Notes under the pieces: generated by a model | What the model was told of the DNA's origin: nothing | The model's input: the letters and a program-made list of their open reading frames with translations, nothing else | Databases searched by the model: none | Source: Candidatus Eiseniibacteriota bacterium | Lineage (GTDB): Bacteria > Eisenbacteria > RBG-16-71-46 > CAVPCR01 | Reading direction: 5' to 3' | Length of the DNA: 64,000 nt | Assembly (NCBI GenBank): GCA_963702435.1 | Contig: CAVPCR010000005.1 | Span: 256,001 to 320,000 of the forward strand | Program-made: the position numbers and the translations under genes | Shown here: piece by piece, positions 20,916 through 31,269 of the stretch | Position numbering within the stretch: position 1 is the first letter of the stretch | How the letters are laid out: each line of letters opens with the position of its first letter

Positions 20916-21532
20916 GCGTGGCGCAGCTCTCGCTCTTCGCGGTGAAGGTCCCCCCGACCACCACCGCGCACGGAGAGGATGCTCCGCCCGGCCCCGACCT
21001 GGTCGCCACCGGCCCCCTCCGCCAGCACCCCCGCGGCGCGACCGTGATGACCCAGGTCCGCTACGTCCGGCGCTTCTTCCCCGAGCTCGACGGCGAGATG
21101 CTCAAGGTCGGCCTCACGCGGAGCGCGGCCGGGCTCGCCGAGATCGAGGGGAAGAAGCTCTGGCTCAATCCGCACCGGCTCGCGCTGCACACGATCGCCC
21201 ACGAGCTCGTGCACCTCCTGCAGGGGCGCGGCCTCGTACCGGGCGGCGAGCGGAGCGCCGATCTCTACGCGCTCGCCCGCGACGTGACGCTGGTCGACCG
21301 GCTCCCGCACTACCTCGAGGTCCCGGCCCGGCTCGCCGGCCCGCGCGGCGACTGGCTCCGCCCCGGCGTCGCGTCCGAGCTGCATCGGCTGGCTGCCGCC
21401 GCCCTCGAGCGGCGGGCGGCCGGGCGGCGCCAGTACCTGGCGTGGTTCGAACGCGCGGCCGCCGAGATCCGACCGCAACGAACGAGGTCCGCATGGCACC
21501 CGCAGTGGATGATCGACCTCTTCCGCCCCTGA
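20912..21532 (+). CDS. hypothetical protein with HExxH metallopeptidase-like motif
   Basis: TIAHELVHLLQ...GERSADLYA; overlaps the upstream stop codon. Confidence 0.65.
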   Translation: MSVAQLSLFAVKVPPTTTAHGEDAPPGPDLVATGPLRQHPRGATVMTQVRYVRRFFPELDGEMLKVGLTRSAAGLAEIEGKKLWLNPHRLALHTIAHELVHLLQGRGLVPGGERSADLYALARDVTLVDRLPHYLEVPARLAGPRGDWLRPGVASELHRLAAAALERRAAGRRQYLAWFERAAAEIRPQRTRSAWHPQWMIDLFRP

Positions 21533-22146
21533 TCGACGTGAGCCCGGCGCTCTCGCCGGCGACCGCGGTGTGGCCCGGGGACACGCCGCTTTCGATCGCA
21601 TGGGCGGAGCGAGTCGAGCGCGGCGGGAGCTCGAACCTGGCGACGATCACGCTCACGCCGCACCTCGGCGCACACGTCGACGCGCCGCTCCATCTCTTCG
21701 CCGGCGGGGCCGATGTCGCGGCGCTCGAGCTCGCGACCTTCATCGGCCCGGCCACGGTCGTCGACCTCGCGGGCGCCGCCGCCGTCGACGCGCCGGCGCT
21801 CGCCCGGCTCGACCTCCGCGGGATCGAACGGCTCATCCTCCGCACGCGGAGCGGTCCGGCGCCGGCCGCCTTCTCGCCGCACTACGCGCCCCTCACCCCG
21901 GCGGCGGCGGAGCTCCTGGTCGCCGCGCGGATCCGTATCATCGGCATCGACGCCCCGTCCGTGGATGCGGCGGATGCCGCCGACCTGCCCGTGCACCGCC
22001 GCCTCCTCGGCGGCGGCGTCGTGATCCTCGAGGGGCTCGAGCTGGGCGCGGTGCCGGCGGGCCGCTACGAGCTGATCGCGCTTCCGCTCAGGCTCTCCGG
22101 TGTCGAGGCATCGCCGGTGCGGGCGGTCCTCCGCCCGCTCGGTTGA
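21493..22146 (+). CDS. cyclase family / kynurenine formamidase-like
   Basis: VWPGD, HLGAHVDAPLH, GIDAPSVD, ILEGL, YELIALPL, ASPVRAVL. Confidence 0.9.
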   Translation: MAPAVDDRPLPPLIDVSPALSPATAVWPGDTPLSIAWAERVERGGSSNLATITLTPHLGAHVDAPLHLFAGGADVAALELATFIGPATVVDLAGAAAVDAPALARLDLRGIERLILRTRSGPAPAAFSPHYAPLTPAAAELLVAARIRIIGIDAPSVDAADAADLPVHRRLLGGGVVILEGLELGAVPAGRYELIALPLRLSGVEASPVRAVLRPLG

Positions 22147-22230
22147 CCGTCCGTTGACCGCGGGGACCGGAGCGCGTTACGGTCTTCGCACGGCCATCCC
22201 TCGAGTCCACGGATCACGGAGGCAAGTCCC

Positions 22231-22833
22231 ATGAAGCGGCGCGAGTTCCTCATGCGAGTCACGATCGGCGGCGCCACGTTGCCGCTCCTGTTCACCGAGA
22301 TCGGCTGCAGCGACGACGGCGGCGGCGGCCCCGACGGCGGCGTCGAGACCTTCACGTCACTTCCGGATCAGACTGCGCACACGCACACGATCGCGATCCC
22401 GGATGCCGACATCGCCGCCGGCGGTGCGCACACGTACGACACGAGCAGCGCGAGCGGGCACACCCACCGGGTGACGTTCGAGGACAGCGACGTCGACTAC
22501 CTGGCCGTGGGCTGCGCGGTGACCACGGAGTCCTCCGAGAACTCCGGGCACCGGCACGTGTGGCGCGTGACGTACCCGGATCTGGCTTCCGACATCACGA
22601 AGACGTCATCCCTCAACTCGGGCCATACGCATCGGGTGACCGTTCCCGCCGCCGACTTGAGCCAGCCGGCCGGGGTCCGCAACTACACGACGGAGAGCGC
22701 GAACGGCCACACCCACGAGATCACGCTCACCCAGTTCCAGCTCCTCGAGCTCTCGGAGTGCGATGCGGTCACCGTGGACACCAATCCGGACGGGACCGGC
22801 CACCTGCACTCCTTCATCCTCGAGCGGCCATAG
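22231..22833 (+). CDS. Tat-exported His-rich lipoprotein
   Basis: MKRREFL twin-arginine signal, IGC lipobox, six (G/A)HxH motifs. Confidence 0.8.
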   Translation: MKRREFLMRVTIGGATLPLLFTEIGCSDDGGGGPDGGVETFTSLPDQTAHTHTIAIPDADIAAGGAHTYDTSSASGHTHRVTFEDSDVDYLAVGCAVTTESSENSGHRHVWRVTYPDLASDITKTSSLNSGHTHRVTVPAADLSQPAGVRNYTTESANGHTHEITLTQFQLLELSECDAVTVDTNPDGTGHLHSFILERP

Positions 22834-22861
22834 CGCGAACGGCAGCCGTCCGGGCAAGCGA

Positions 22862-22895
22862 AAGGGGGAAGAGCCAGCGCGGGCTCTTCCCCCTT
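22862..22895. terminator. bidirectional intrinsic terminator-like hairpin
   Basis: AAGGGGGAAGAGCC-loop-GGCTCTTCCCCCTT between convergent genes. Confidence 0.7.
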
Positions 22896-22934
22896 CTCGT
22901 GCCGTGCCCGGACGTAACGGGCCGCTGCTGCGTG

Positions 22935-23495
22935 CTACCAGTAGAGGGTCGCCAGGATCGACGACGTGCCGCTCGAGAACGACGACTCGCCCTGATAGGT
23001 CACCGGCTGACCGTCGACCGAACCCTGCCAGTCGCCGTCCTGCTGCCAGGTGAGGCCGATGTTCCCGCCGATCGAGAGCGACTCGACGACGAAGGCCTCG
23101 ACGCCGAAGTAGCCGCGAACGGCGTAGGAGGTGTCGTAGCTCGAACCCTGGTCGTACAGGTTCATCTGCGCGCCGAAGTACGGGGCGAACATGTTGTTCG
23201 AGATGGAGCCCAGGTAGCGGCTGACGCCGGTCTGGAACTGCCAGCTCGTGTTCGAGTCCGACTCCAGGGTCTCGCCGGCGATCTCCAGCTGCTCCGGCTG
23301 GTTGTTGATGAAGCCCGCGCCGATGTTGAACTTGGTCATGTCGGCGATGTTCCACCCGAAGAGGATCACGGGCGAATCCGGATTCGCTTCGAAGGACAGA
23401 GACATCGGGCCCTTGCCGGTCATGGTCGGGGCAGCCATCGCCGCGCCCACGAGGCCGAGGCTCAGAGCGACCGTGAGGAAGATGCCTTTGGTCAT
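22935..23495 (-). CDS. small outer-membrane beta-barrel protein
   Basis: Signal peptide, alternating amphipathic strands, terminal LYW. Confidence 0.8.
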   Translation of the reverse strand: MTKGIFLTVALSLGLVGAAMAAPTMTGKGPMSLSFEANPDSPVILFGWNIADMTKFNIGAGFINNQPEQLEIAGETLESDSNTSWQFQTGVSRYLGSISNNMFAPYFGAQMNLYDQGSSYDTSYAVRGYFGVEAFVVESLSIGGNIGLTWQQDGDWQGSVDGQPVTYQGESSFSSGTSSILATLYW

Positions 23496-23779
23496 TTTCT
23501 ACTCCATTGCGTGTCGGGGCACCGCCCGACTCCCGACCCGCATGCCGCGGGCGGTATTCCTGTCTCGAGCCCGGCTCGCGGCGCGTGGCGCGCCGGGCCG
23601 GACGTGAACGAGGGGAGGAATCGCGGCAAGCCTCTGCCGCGGATTCCGCGCTGCCCCCGGGAGACTGGATCGGCAGGTCGGCGGATCGGCTTGAGCCGAG
23701 TTGAGGAGAAAATGAGGCAGTGGCCGCGCGGTGGGCGTAACCCAAGGCAGGACAAGAGGCTACGGGGCCGGGAGAGCGG

Positions 23780-24907
23780 CTAACGGCGGGGCGCGGCGCG
23801 GCGCCGCGGCCGGGGTGACGTTCCGGCGGCAGTCGTGACGGCCGCCTGGCGCAGCCAGTGGTCGGCGAGCACGAGGAGCACCATGGCCTCGACGATCGGC
23901 ACCGCGCGCGGCAAGACGCACGGATCGTGACGGCCGCGACCGCGCAGCGTCGCGGCGCGCCCCGCGCGATTCACCGTCTCCTGGGGCAGCGCGATCGTGG
24001 CCGTGGGCTTGAAGGCGACGCGGATCAGGATGTCCTCGCCGTTCGAGATGCCTCCCTGCACCCCACCCGAGCGGTTGGTGCGCGTGCGGACGCGGCCGTG
24101 TTCGGTGTAGAAGGGATCGTTGTGCTCGGAGCCGAGGAGCAGCGTGCCGGCGAATCCGGATCCGATCTCGAAGCCCTTGGTCGCGGGGAGCGACATCACC
24201 GCCTTGGCGAGGTCCGCCTCGAGCTTGTCGAAGACCGGCTCGCCGAGACCGGGAGGAACGCCGCGCGCCACGCATTCGATGACGCCGCCGACCGAATCGC
24301 CGCGCTTCTGCACGCGCTCGATGAGACGGATCATCTTCGCGGCCGCCTCCGGATCGGGGCAGCGCACGGGAGTCGCCTCGATCTGCGCGCGCGTCACTCG
24401 CCCCGGAGCGATGGCGAGGGCGAGGACCCGCTCGATGCGCTTCACATAGGCGAGGACCTCGACGCCCGCAGCGCCGAGGAACCGGCGCGCGACGGCGGCG
24501 GCGGCCACCCGGCCGATCGTCTCGCGGGCGCTCGCGCGACCGCCGCCCGCCACGGCGCGAATCCCGTACTTGGCCTCGTAGGTGTAGTCGGCGTGCGAGG
24601 GGCGGAAGACGGTGCGCAGTTCGTCATAGTCCTGGGGCCGCGAGTCCTCGTTCCGGACGAGGAGCGCGATCGGCGTGCCGAGCGTGAGGCCGTTCTCCAC
24701 ACCGGAGAGGATCTCCACGCGATCGGCCTCCGCGCGGGCCGAGACGAGGCGGCTCTGCCCGGGGCGGCGCCGATCGAGCTCCGCCTGGATGTCGGCGGCG
24801 GCGAGCGGCAACCGCGGCGGGCAGCCGTCGATGACGACGCCGACGCCGGGGCCGTGCGACTCGCCGAACGTCGTGATCCGGAAGAGCGTGCCGAGGGAGC
24901 TCGCCAA
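23780..24907 (-). CDS. aroC: chorismate synthase
   Basis: [38 protein letters not shown] start after GGAGG. Confidence 0.97.
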   Translation of the reverse strand: MASSLGTLFRITTFGESHGPGVGVVIDGCPPRLPLAAADIQAELDRRRPGQSRLVSARAEADRVEILSGVENGLTLGTPIALLVRNEDSRPQDYDELRTVFRPSHADYTYEAKYGIRAVAGGGRASARETIGRVAAAAVARRFLGAAGVEVLAYVKRIERVLALAIAPGRVTRAQIEATPVRCPDPEAAAKMIRLIERVQKRGDSVGGVIECVARGVPPGLGEPVFDKLEADLAKAVMSLPATKGFEIGSGFAGTLLLGSEHNDPFYTEHGRVRTRTNRSGGVQGGISNGEDILIRVAFKPTATIALPQETVNRAGRAATLRGRGRHDPCVLPRAVPIVEAMVLLVLADHWLRQAAVTTAAGTSPRPRRRAAPRR

Positions 24908-25007
24908 GGTTGACCTCCAGGCGCCTGCCGGGTCGGCGCGATGGCATCCTATCACCCGCGGGACACCTGCGGGCGGCCGCGGGTCCGCCGCGCGCCCCGG
25001 CAGGGCA

Positions 25008-25016
25008 TGATAGAAT
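25008..25016 (+). promoter_or_regulatory. extended -10 element (TGaTAGAAT)
   Basis: Located ~40 nt upstream of the S8 peptidase start. Confidence 0.45.
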
Positions 25017-25054
25017 TGGAGTTCTTCTCAACCTCAATGTGGAGATCCAGACCC

Positions 25055-27448
25055 ATGACAGCTCGCGCGCGCTTCGCCTCCCCGGCCGCCCTCATTGCCC
25101 TGTTCACGCTCGCCGGGGTCTTCGGCGCCGGGGTCTTCGGCGCCGGGGTCCTCGCGTCCGGCGCCGGGTTCGCACCCGCCGGCGGCCCACCGGCCGGGGA
25201 CGGCCGCGATCCCCACACGATCCACCTCCGCACGGCGGTCTTCGACACGCGAGTCGGGCCCGATCTCCCAGCGACCCTCACGGCCCGGCCGGATCCGGGC
25301 GCCGCCCCGGACTACTTCATCGTGCAGTACACGGGGCCGATCGACCGCGCCGCGCGGGCGACGATCGAGGCGGCGGGCGGGAGGATCTTCGATTACATCC
25401 CGCACCACGCGCTTCTCGCGCGCCTCGCCCCGGCGGCGGCCGCCGCCCTGCGGGCTGATTCCCGCGTCGAGTGGATCGGCCTCTACGAACCGGCCTACCG
25501 GCTCGATCCCGCGATCGGCACGCGCGCCTTCACCGACCCCGCGCGGCGCAGCGATCCGCTCCTGTGGGTCACCGCCGACTACTTCACGGGCGAGGATCCG
25601 CTCGCGATCGCGGCCGCCGTCGGTGCGGCAGGCGGCACGATCGACGCGCTGTTCGACGACGCGACCACGCACCGCATGCACATCCGCATCGCGCGCGAGC
25701 AACTGGTCGAGCTCGCTCACATCCGCGGCGTCCAGTGGATCGAGGAGTTCGGCGAGTTCGCGCTCCGCAACAACACGACGCGCTGGGTCATTCAATCGAA
25801 CGTGTCCGCGGTCACGCCGATCTGGGACCGGGGAATCCGCGGCGAGGGACAGATCGTCGGCCATATCGACGGCCGCCTGAACCGGAACAGCTGCTTCTTC
25901 GTGGACCCGCTCAACGGCAACACGCCGGGGCCGGACCACCGGAAGCTCGTCGCGTACCGGTCGTCGACCGGCTTCGGCTCCGATACCCACGGCACGCATA
26001 CCGCCTGCACCATCGCCGGCGACCAGGAGCCCGTGAACGGGACCATCACGAACAACGGCATCGCTTACCGCGCGCGCATCTCGCACGCCAACGACAGCGA
26101 TGTCACCGGCTGGGGTGGTGGTCCGTCGAACTTCATCAACTACCTGACCTTCGCTGCCGAGGACGGCGCCCGCGTGCACACGAACTCGTGGGGCGACGAC
26201 GGGACGACCGCCTACACGGCGTGGTGCCGCGATATCGACCTCTTCAGCCGCCTGTTCGAGGACAACCTGGTCGCCTTCGCGGTGACCAACATGTCCTCGC
26301 TCAAGACGCCCGAGAATGCCAAGAACTGCCTCGCCGTGGGCGCGACACGGCAGGCCCCGAACCAGGCGAATCACGGAACCGGGGGCAGCGGACCGACGAG
26401 CGACGGGCGGCGGAAGCCCGAGGTTTACGCCCCCGGCGTCGGCATCGTCTCCTCCTCCACGGGCACCTGTGCGACGACTTCTCTCACGGGCACGAGCATG
26501 GCGTGCCCGGCGGCGACCGGGCTCGGCGCCCTCGTCCGCCAGTACTTCGCGGACGGCTTCTACCCGAGCGGCCTGCCGGTGCCGGCGGATGCCGTCGTCG
26601 CCACCGGGGCTCTGGTCAAGGCGGTCCTCATCAACGCCACGGTGGACATGACCGGGGTCACCGGCTATCCGTCGAACCTGGAAGGGTGGGGGCGCCTCCT
26701 TCTCGACAACACGCTCTACTTCGACGGCGACACTCGCGGGCTCGAAGCGATCGACGTGCGCCACGCGGCGGGCATGGCCACGGGCGAGATGCGAAGCCAC
26801 ACGGTCGAGGTGATCGGCAGCGATCCGCTGAAGATCACGCTCGTCTTCACCGATGAGCCGGCAGCGCTCGGCGCTGCCTATGCACCGGTCAACGACCTCG
26901 ACCTCGAGGTCGTCGCCGGAGCCGGGCCGGAGGCGCCCGTCTACAAGGGAAACGTCTTCGCCGGCGGCCAGTCGGCGACCGGCGGCGCGTTCGATCAGCT
27001 CAACAATGCCGAGATGGTCTCGCTCATCGCCCCTGTCCCGGGGACCTACACGATCAACGTCTACGCCCGGCAGGTCGTCGACTTGACGCAGGGCTATGCG
27101 CTCGTGGTCTCGGGCAACCTGCCGGTGGCTACGGCCGGACTCGCCGGCGCGGCGCCGGTCGCTCCGGCGCGGCTTGCGCTCCTGCCGATCCGCCCGAATC
27201 CGTTCGGTCCCTCGGCCCGCCTCGACTTCGTGCTGCCGGCGCGCGGCGCGACCACGCTCACGATCTATGATGTGAGCGGCCGGCTCATCCGCGCGCTGGT
27301 CACCAACGTCCTCCCCGCCGGCGAGCACGCGATCACCTGGGACGGTCTCGAGGCGAACGGCACGCCGGCCGCCGCGGGTGTCTACTTCGTGCGCCTCGCG
27401 CAGGAAGGACGGATGCCGGCGGTCGAGAAGGCCGTGCTCCTGCGATAG
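25055..27448 (+). CDS. S8 (subtilisin-like) serine peptidase with C-terminal FlgD-Ig/T9SS-like domain
   Basis: GHIDG, HGTHTA, GTSMACP catalytic motifs; PNPF...IYDVSGRLIR...WDG...GVYF tail. Confidence 0.93.
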   Translation: MTARARFASPAALIALFTLAGVFGAGVFGAGVLASGAGFAPAGGPPAGDGRDPHTIHLRTAVFDTRVGPDLPATLTARPDPGAAPDYFIVQYTGPIDRAARATIEAAGGRIFDYIPHHALLARLAPAAAAALRADSRVEWIGLYEPAYRLDPAIGTRAFTDPARRSDPLLWVTADYFTGEDPLAIAAAVGAAGGTIDALFDDATTHRMHIRIAREQLVELAHIRGVQWIEEFGEFALRNNTTRWVIQSNVSAVTPIWDRGIRGEGQIVGHIDGRLNRNSCFFVDPLNGNTPGPDHRKLVAYRSSTGFGSDTHGTHTACTIAGDQEPVNGTITNNGIAYRARISHANDSDVTGWGGGPSNFINYLTFAAEDGARVHTNSWGDDGTTAYTAWCRDIDLFSRLFEDNLVAFAVTNMSSLKTPENAKNCLAVGATRQAPNQANHGTGGSGPTSDGRRKPEVYAPGVGIVSSSTGTCATTSLTGTSMACPAATGLGALVRQYFADGFYPSGLPVPADAVVATGALVKAVLINATVDMTGVTGYPSNLEGWGRLLLDNTLYFDGDTRGLEAIDVRHAAGMATGEMRSHTVEVIGSDPLKITLVFTDEPAALGAAYAPVNDLDLEVVAGAGPEAPVYKGNVFAGGQSATGGAFDQLNNAEMVSLIAPVPGTYTINVYARQVVDLTQGYALVVSGNLPVATAGLAGAAPVAPARLALLPIRPNPFGPSARLDFVLPARGATTLTIYDVSGRLIRALVTNVLPAGEHAITWDGLEANGTPAAAGVYFVRLAQEGRMPAVEKAVLLR

Positions 27449-27594
27449 CGCGCGCGAGCGGGCGGCACTCCCGGCCGCGGCAACCTCTCCCGCGCGTAGC
27501 CTTCTCGGGCCGGGGCGGATGACGCCCTACCGTTTCGCGCGGCTCACGGTGTGGGTTCGTGACTGGCCTCGCTGGTCATCGCTCCTTTCCATGC

Positions 27595-28246
27595 CCGCGT
27601 CAAACGCTGTCGGGTCTTGTAAACTCCTCGCCCCGCTTGCCCCGCCGGACCCGCGTCAAACGCTGTCGGGTCTTGTGAAATCGTCTCGCCTGGCTGCACC
27701 GCGCCTCCCCGCGGCTCACGCCATCGCCCCCACCCGGCGACCGCACCCGCTCGCGTCAAACGCTGTCGGGTCTTGTGAAATCGTCTCGCCTGACCGCACC
27801 GCGTTTCCCCGCGGCTCACGCCATCGCCCCCACCCGGCGACCGCACCCGCCCGCGTCAAACGCTGTCGGGTCTTGTGAAATCGTCTCGCCTGGCTGCACG
27901 GCACCACACCGCGGCTCACGCCATCGCCCCCACCCGGCGACCGCACCCGCCCGCGTCAAACGCTGTCGGGTCTTGTGAACTCCTCGCCCCGCTTGCCCCG
28001 GCTGCCGGCCCCGCGTCAAACGCTGTCGGGTCTTGTGAAATCGTCTCGCCTGGCTGCACGGCACCACACCGCGGCTCACGCCATCGCCCCCACCCGGCGA
28101 CCGCACCCGCCCGCGTCAAACGCTGTCGGGTCTTGTGAACTCCTCGCCCCGCTTGCCCCGGCTGCCGCCCCGCGTCAAACGCTGTCGGGTCTTGTGAACT
28201 TCTCGCCCCACTCGCCCCGGCAGCCGGACCCGCAGCAAACGCTGTC
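27595..28246. repeat. array of a 28-bp direct repeat (CGCGTCAAACGCTGTCGGGTCTTGTGAA) with two recurring spacer types
   Basis: Copies at 27595, 27651, 27751, 27851, 27951, 28011, 28111, 28170, plus a degenerate copy at 28230; unit lengths 56/100/100/100/60/100/59/60. Confidence 0.95.
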
Positions 28247-28634
28247 CCGCACGAGACTCCAGCGCCCACCCGCGTGGCGGCCCTTGGTCACGCCCTTCCC
28301 GCCGCGACCACGACTTCTGCTCGCGAGCACACGCACGAGTCTCGAGGTCACCATTGAACGAGCGCCCGCGCGACAAGGAGCGGGAGCTCACGCATCTCTC
28401 ATTTGATGCACGAAGCATGCCGCCCGCGGGGTGAAGACTCCTCTCCCGGATAGGACCCTCGGGAGCCCTGCAGCACCGGGAGTGCTCACACACACCCAGC
28501 CAAGGTGCGCACGCCGTTGTCACCTTCGCCTACCTTGTTGCCGGGGGTGCGACACGGCCGGCGCGGGAGCGTTTCGCCGGGGCGTTCGCCCAGCCCGCGC
28601 GCCGGGGCGGCCGGCCATCCTGACCGCCTTGGTC

Positions 28635-28760
28635 GTTGCAGCAGCCGCCGCCGTTGCAGCAGCCGCCGCCGTTGCAGCAGCCGCCACCGTTGCAGCAGCC
28701 GCCGCCGTTGCAGCAGCCGCCACCGTTGCAGCAGCCGCCACCGTTGCGGCGGCCTCCGCC
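28635..28760. repeat. 18-bp tandem repeat GTTGCAGCAGCCGCCRCC (6 copies plus one degenerate)
   Basis: Read directly from the sequence. Confidence 0.9.
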
Positions 28761-28833
28761 TTTCAGCCGCCTCGGCCGTTCAGCCGCCGCGGTCGTCTCA
28801 GCAACCGCCGTCGTCTCAGCCGCCGAGGCTGCC

Positions 28834-29637
28834 TCAGTCGGCCGCTCCCGCCTCGCGCTCCGCGAACTCGACCACCACCGGCGCGTGGTCGCTCGGGAGC
28901 TTGCCCTTACGGGCCGCGCGATCGACGTACGCGGCCGCGGCGCTGGCGGCGAGCCGAGGGGTCACGAGCACGTGGTCGATCCGGAGCCCGAGGTTCTTGG
29001 GGAAGGCAAGCTGGCGGTAGTCCCACCACGAGAACAGGGGGGCCGTCGGGTTCAGCCGGCGCACGACATCCACGAGCCCCGCCGCGACGATCTCCGCGAA
29101 GGCCGCCCGCTCCACCTCCGAGTAGAGCACGCGCCCTTCCCAGAGGGCCGGGTCGTGCACGTCGATCGGCGCCGGCGCCACATTGAGATCGCCGGCCAGC
29201 ACCGCGAGCCCAGCCGTATCCAGCCGCGCCCCCAGAAACGCGACCAGCCGCCTGCACCACGCGAGCTTGTAGGTGAACTTCTCCGAACCTACCGCCTCCC
29301 CATTCGGCACGTACGCCGACATGACGCGCACGTCACCGGCGGCCGACGCCACCGTCGCCGCGACGAAGCGGGCTTGCGGATCGTCAACGCCGTCGCCGAA
29401 CCCGCGCTCGACATCGCGGAGCGGCCCGCGCGCCAGGATGGCCACCCCATTGTAGGTGCGCTGTCCGCACACCGCCGCCTCGTACCCGAGCGCCCGGAGG
29501 TCGTCCGCCGGAAAGTCGGCCTCCTCGGTCTTCAGTTCCTGCAGGCAGAGCACGTCGGGCTCGTTCGCCCCGATCCACTCGAGCACGCGCTCGCGCCGGG
29601 CGCGGATCGAGTTCACGTTCCAGGTCGCCAGCTTCAT
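28834..29637 (-). CDS. xth: exodeoxyribonuclease III
   Basis: MKLATWNVNS, LQELK, YNGVAIL, YVPNG, GDLNVAP, FSWWDYR, RIDH, SDHAP. Confidence 0.97.
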   Translation of the reverse strand: MKLATWNVNSIRARRERVLEWIGANEPDVLCLQELKTEEADFPADDLRALGYEAAVCGQRTYNGVAILARGPLRDVERGFGDGVDDPQARFVAATVASAAGDVRVMSAYVPNGEAVGSEKFTYKLAWCRRLVAFLGARLDTAGLAVLAGDLNVAPAPIDVHDPALWEGRVLYSEVERAAFAEIVAAGLVDVVRRLNPTAPLFSWWDYRQLAFPKNLGLRIDHVLVTPRLAASAAAAYVDRAARKGKLPSDHAPVVVEFAEREAGAAD

Positions 29638-30974
29638 CGGAGGACCCCCGCGATCGTCATGTAGACCACGAGCCCGAAGATGTCGTTCGTGGCGGTGATG
29701 AACGGACCGGTCGCGAGACTCGGGTCGAGCCCGAAACGGTGGAGGACGAGCGGCACCGTCGAGCCGACGAACGATGCCGAGAGGATCACGGTGACGAGCG
29801 CCGCGGTGACCACGAGCCCGATTTCCTGCCCCTGCCACGGGGAGGCGACGAGTGCGATGGCGAGTCCGCAGACGATCGCGTTCAAGAACCCCACGCGGAG
29901 CTCCTGGAAAATGCGGCGCCCCGAGTCGCGGAGACTGATCTCGCCGCTGGCGAGCCCGCTGATCACGATCGCCGACGACTGGATACCGATGTTGCCGCCC
30001 ATCGCCGTGACCACCGGCACGAAGAAGGCGAGCGGCAGGTTCCGGGCGAGCGAGCCCTCGTAGCTGGAGAGCAGGGCGGCGGAGCAGACCCCTCCGCTCA
30101 AGCCCAGCAGAAGCCATGGCAGCCGCGCCCGGGAGACGCGGAAGGGTGAGGTTTCCCGGTACTCCTCGGCGCCGACGCCGGCCAGACGGCGGATGTCCTC
30201 TGACGCTTCGTCGACGACGACATCGATCACGTCATCCACCGTGATGCGCCCGACAAGCCGGCCCTCGCCATCGACGACCGGCAGGGCGATCAGGTTGTAG
30301 CGCTTGAAGAGCTTCGCCACTTCCTCCTGATCGACGCCCGCTTCGACCACCACCGCGTTCTCGTCCATGATCGCTTCGACGCGGGCCGAACCGGCGGCGG
30401 TCAGCAGTCGGTCGAGCGAAACAACGCCGCGCAGCCGCCCCTCCTGATCGACGACGTGGAGATCGTAGACATGCTCGATCATCCCCGCGCGCCGCCGCAC
30501 CTCCTGGATCGCCTCGTCCACGGTGCTCCCCGCGGGCACCGCGACCAGCTCGAGCTGCATGAGCCCGCCGGCGGTGTCCTCCTCGTGCTGGAGAAGAGTG
30601 CGGACCTCTGCGGAGTCCTCATCGGGGATGGTCTCGAGCACCGACTCGGCCATGCTTGCCGGGAGGTCCTTGACCACGTCGGCGGCGTCGTCCGAATCCA
30701 TGACGTCGATGAGGGCCGACAGGCGCTCGCGATCGAGTCCGGCAGCCAGACGCTCGCGCGAGAAATCGTCGAGCTCGAGAAGGACGTCGGAGGCACGTTC
30801 GGAATCGAGCAGGCCGAACACGTAGCGGCCGAGATCCTCGGGCAGATGGCGCACGATCTCGGCGACATCCGCCGGCCGCGCGGTCAGCAGGACGGTCCTG
30901 ACCATCGAGACGTCGCGGCGCTCGGCGAGATACCGGATGTCATCGAGAACGCTCTCGAGGTCTTCGCGCTCCAT
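29634..30974 (-). CDS. mgtE: magnesium transporter MgtE
   Basis: N-domain, CBS pair (TAGGLM, GRITVDD), RARLPWL, MGGNIG, DPSLATGPFITATND. Confidence 0.95.
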   Translation of the reverse strand: MEREDLESVLDDIRYLAERRDVSMVRTVLLTARPADVAEIVRHLPEDLGRYVFGLLDSERASDVLLELDDFSRERLAAGLDRERLSALIDVMDSDDAADVVKDLPASMAESVLETIPDEDSAEVRTLLQHEEDTAGGLMQLELVAVPAGSTVDEAIQEVRRRAGMIEHVYDLHVVDQEGRLRGVVSLDRLLTAAGSARVEAIMDENAVVVEAGVDQEEVAKLFKRYNLIALPVVDGEGRLVGRITVDDVIDVVVDEASEDIRRLAGVGAEEYRETSPFRVSRARLPWLLLGLSGGVCSAALLSSYEGSLARNLPLAFFVPVVTAMGGNIGIQSSAIVISGLASGEISLRDSGRRIFQELRVGFLNAIVCGLAIALVASPWQGQEIGLVVTAALVTVILSASFVGSTVPLVLHRFGLDPSLATGPFITATNDIFGLVVYMTIAGVLR

Positions 30975-31269
30975 CGTCGCCCCGCTGGATTGAGCCGGCC
31001 CAGCCGGCAGGCCGTCCCGCGCCGGCACCGGCCGGCAACCGCGCGGATCCGGGCCGGCAACCGCGCCGGAACCTGGCCGGCGTTCGCCCTCTCGCACGCA
31101 CCTGCCCGACCGCCGCCGGCATTGTGGCCTCCCCCATCGGCCCCGGCAAGGGCAGAGACGCCGGGCCTTGTGCTAAGCTCCACCGGCTAGATCGAGCCCC
31201 CGTTGCGGAAGCCGCTTGCGGAAGCCGCGGATCCACCCCCCCAGATCGGCTCCCGACAGAGGAGAGAGC

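Noticed and set aside
27595..28246. CRISPR array
   Set aside because: Spacers are recurrent (two types) and of very unequal length (~30 vs ~71 nt), and there are no cas genes in the window
27378..28523. Repetitive ORFs translated from the 28-bp array (SQDPTAFD / HKTRQRL repeats)
   Set aside because: Unit lengths of 100, 59 and 56 bp break the reading frame, so these are artefacts of the repeat
28635..28760. Gly-Gly-Gly-Cys-Cys-Asn repeat peptide (minus strand) or poly-Ala/Gln-Pro ORFs
   Set aside because: No convincing start or RBS; best explained as an 18-bp VNTR downstream of xth
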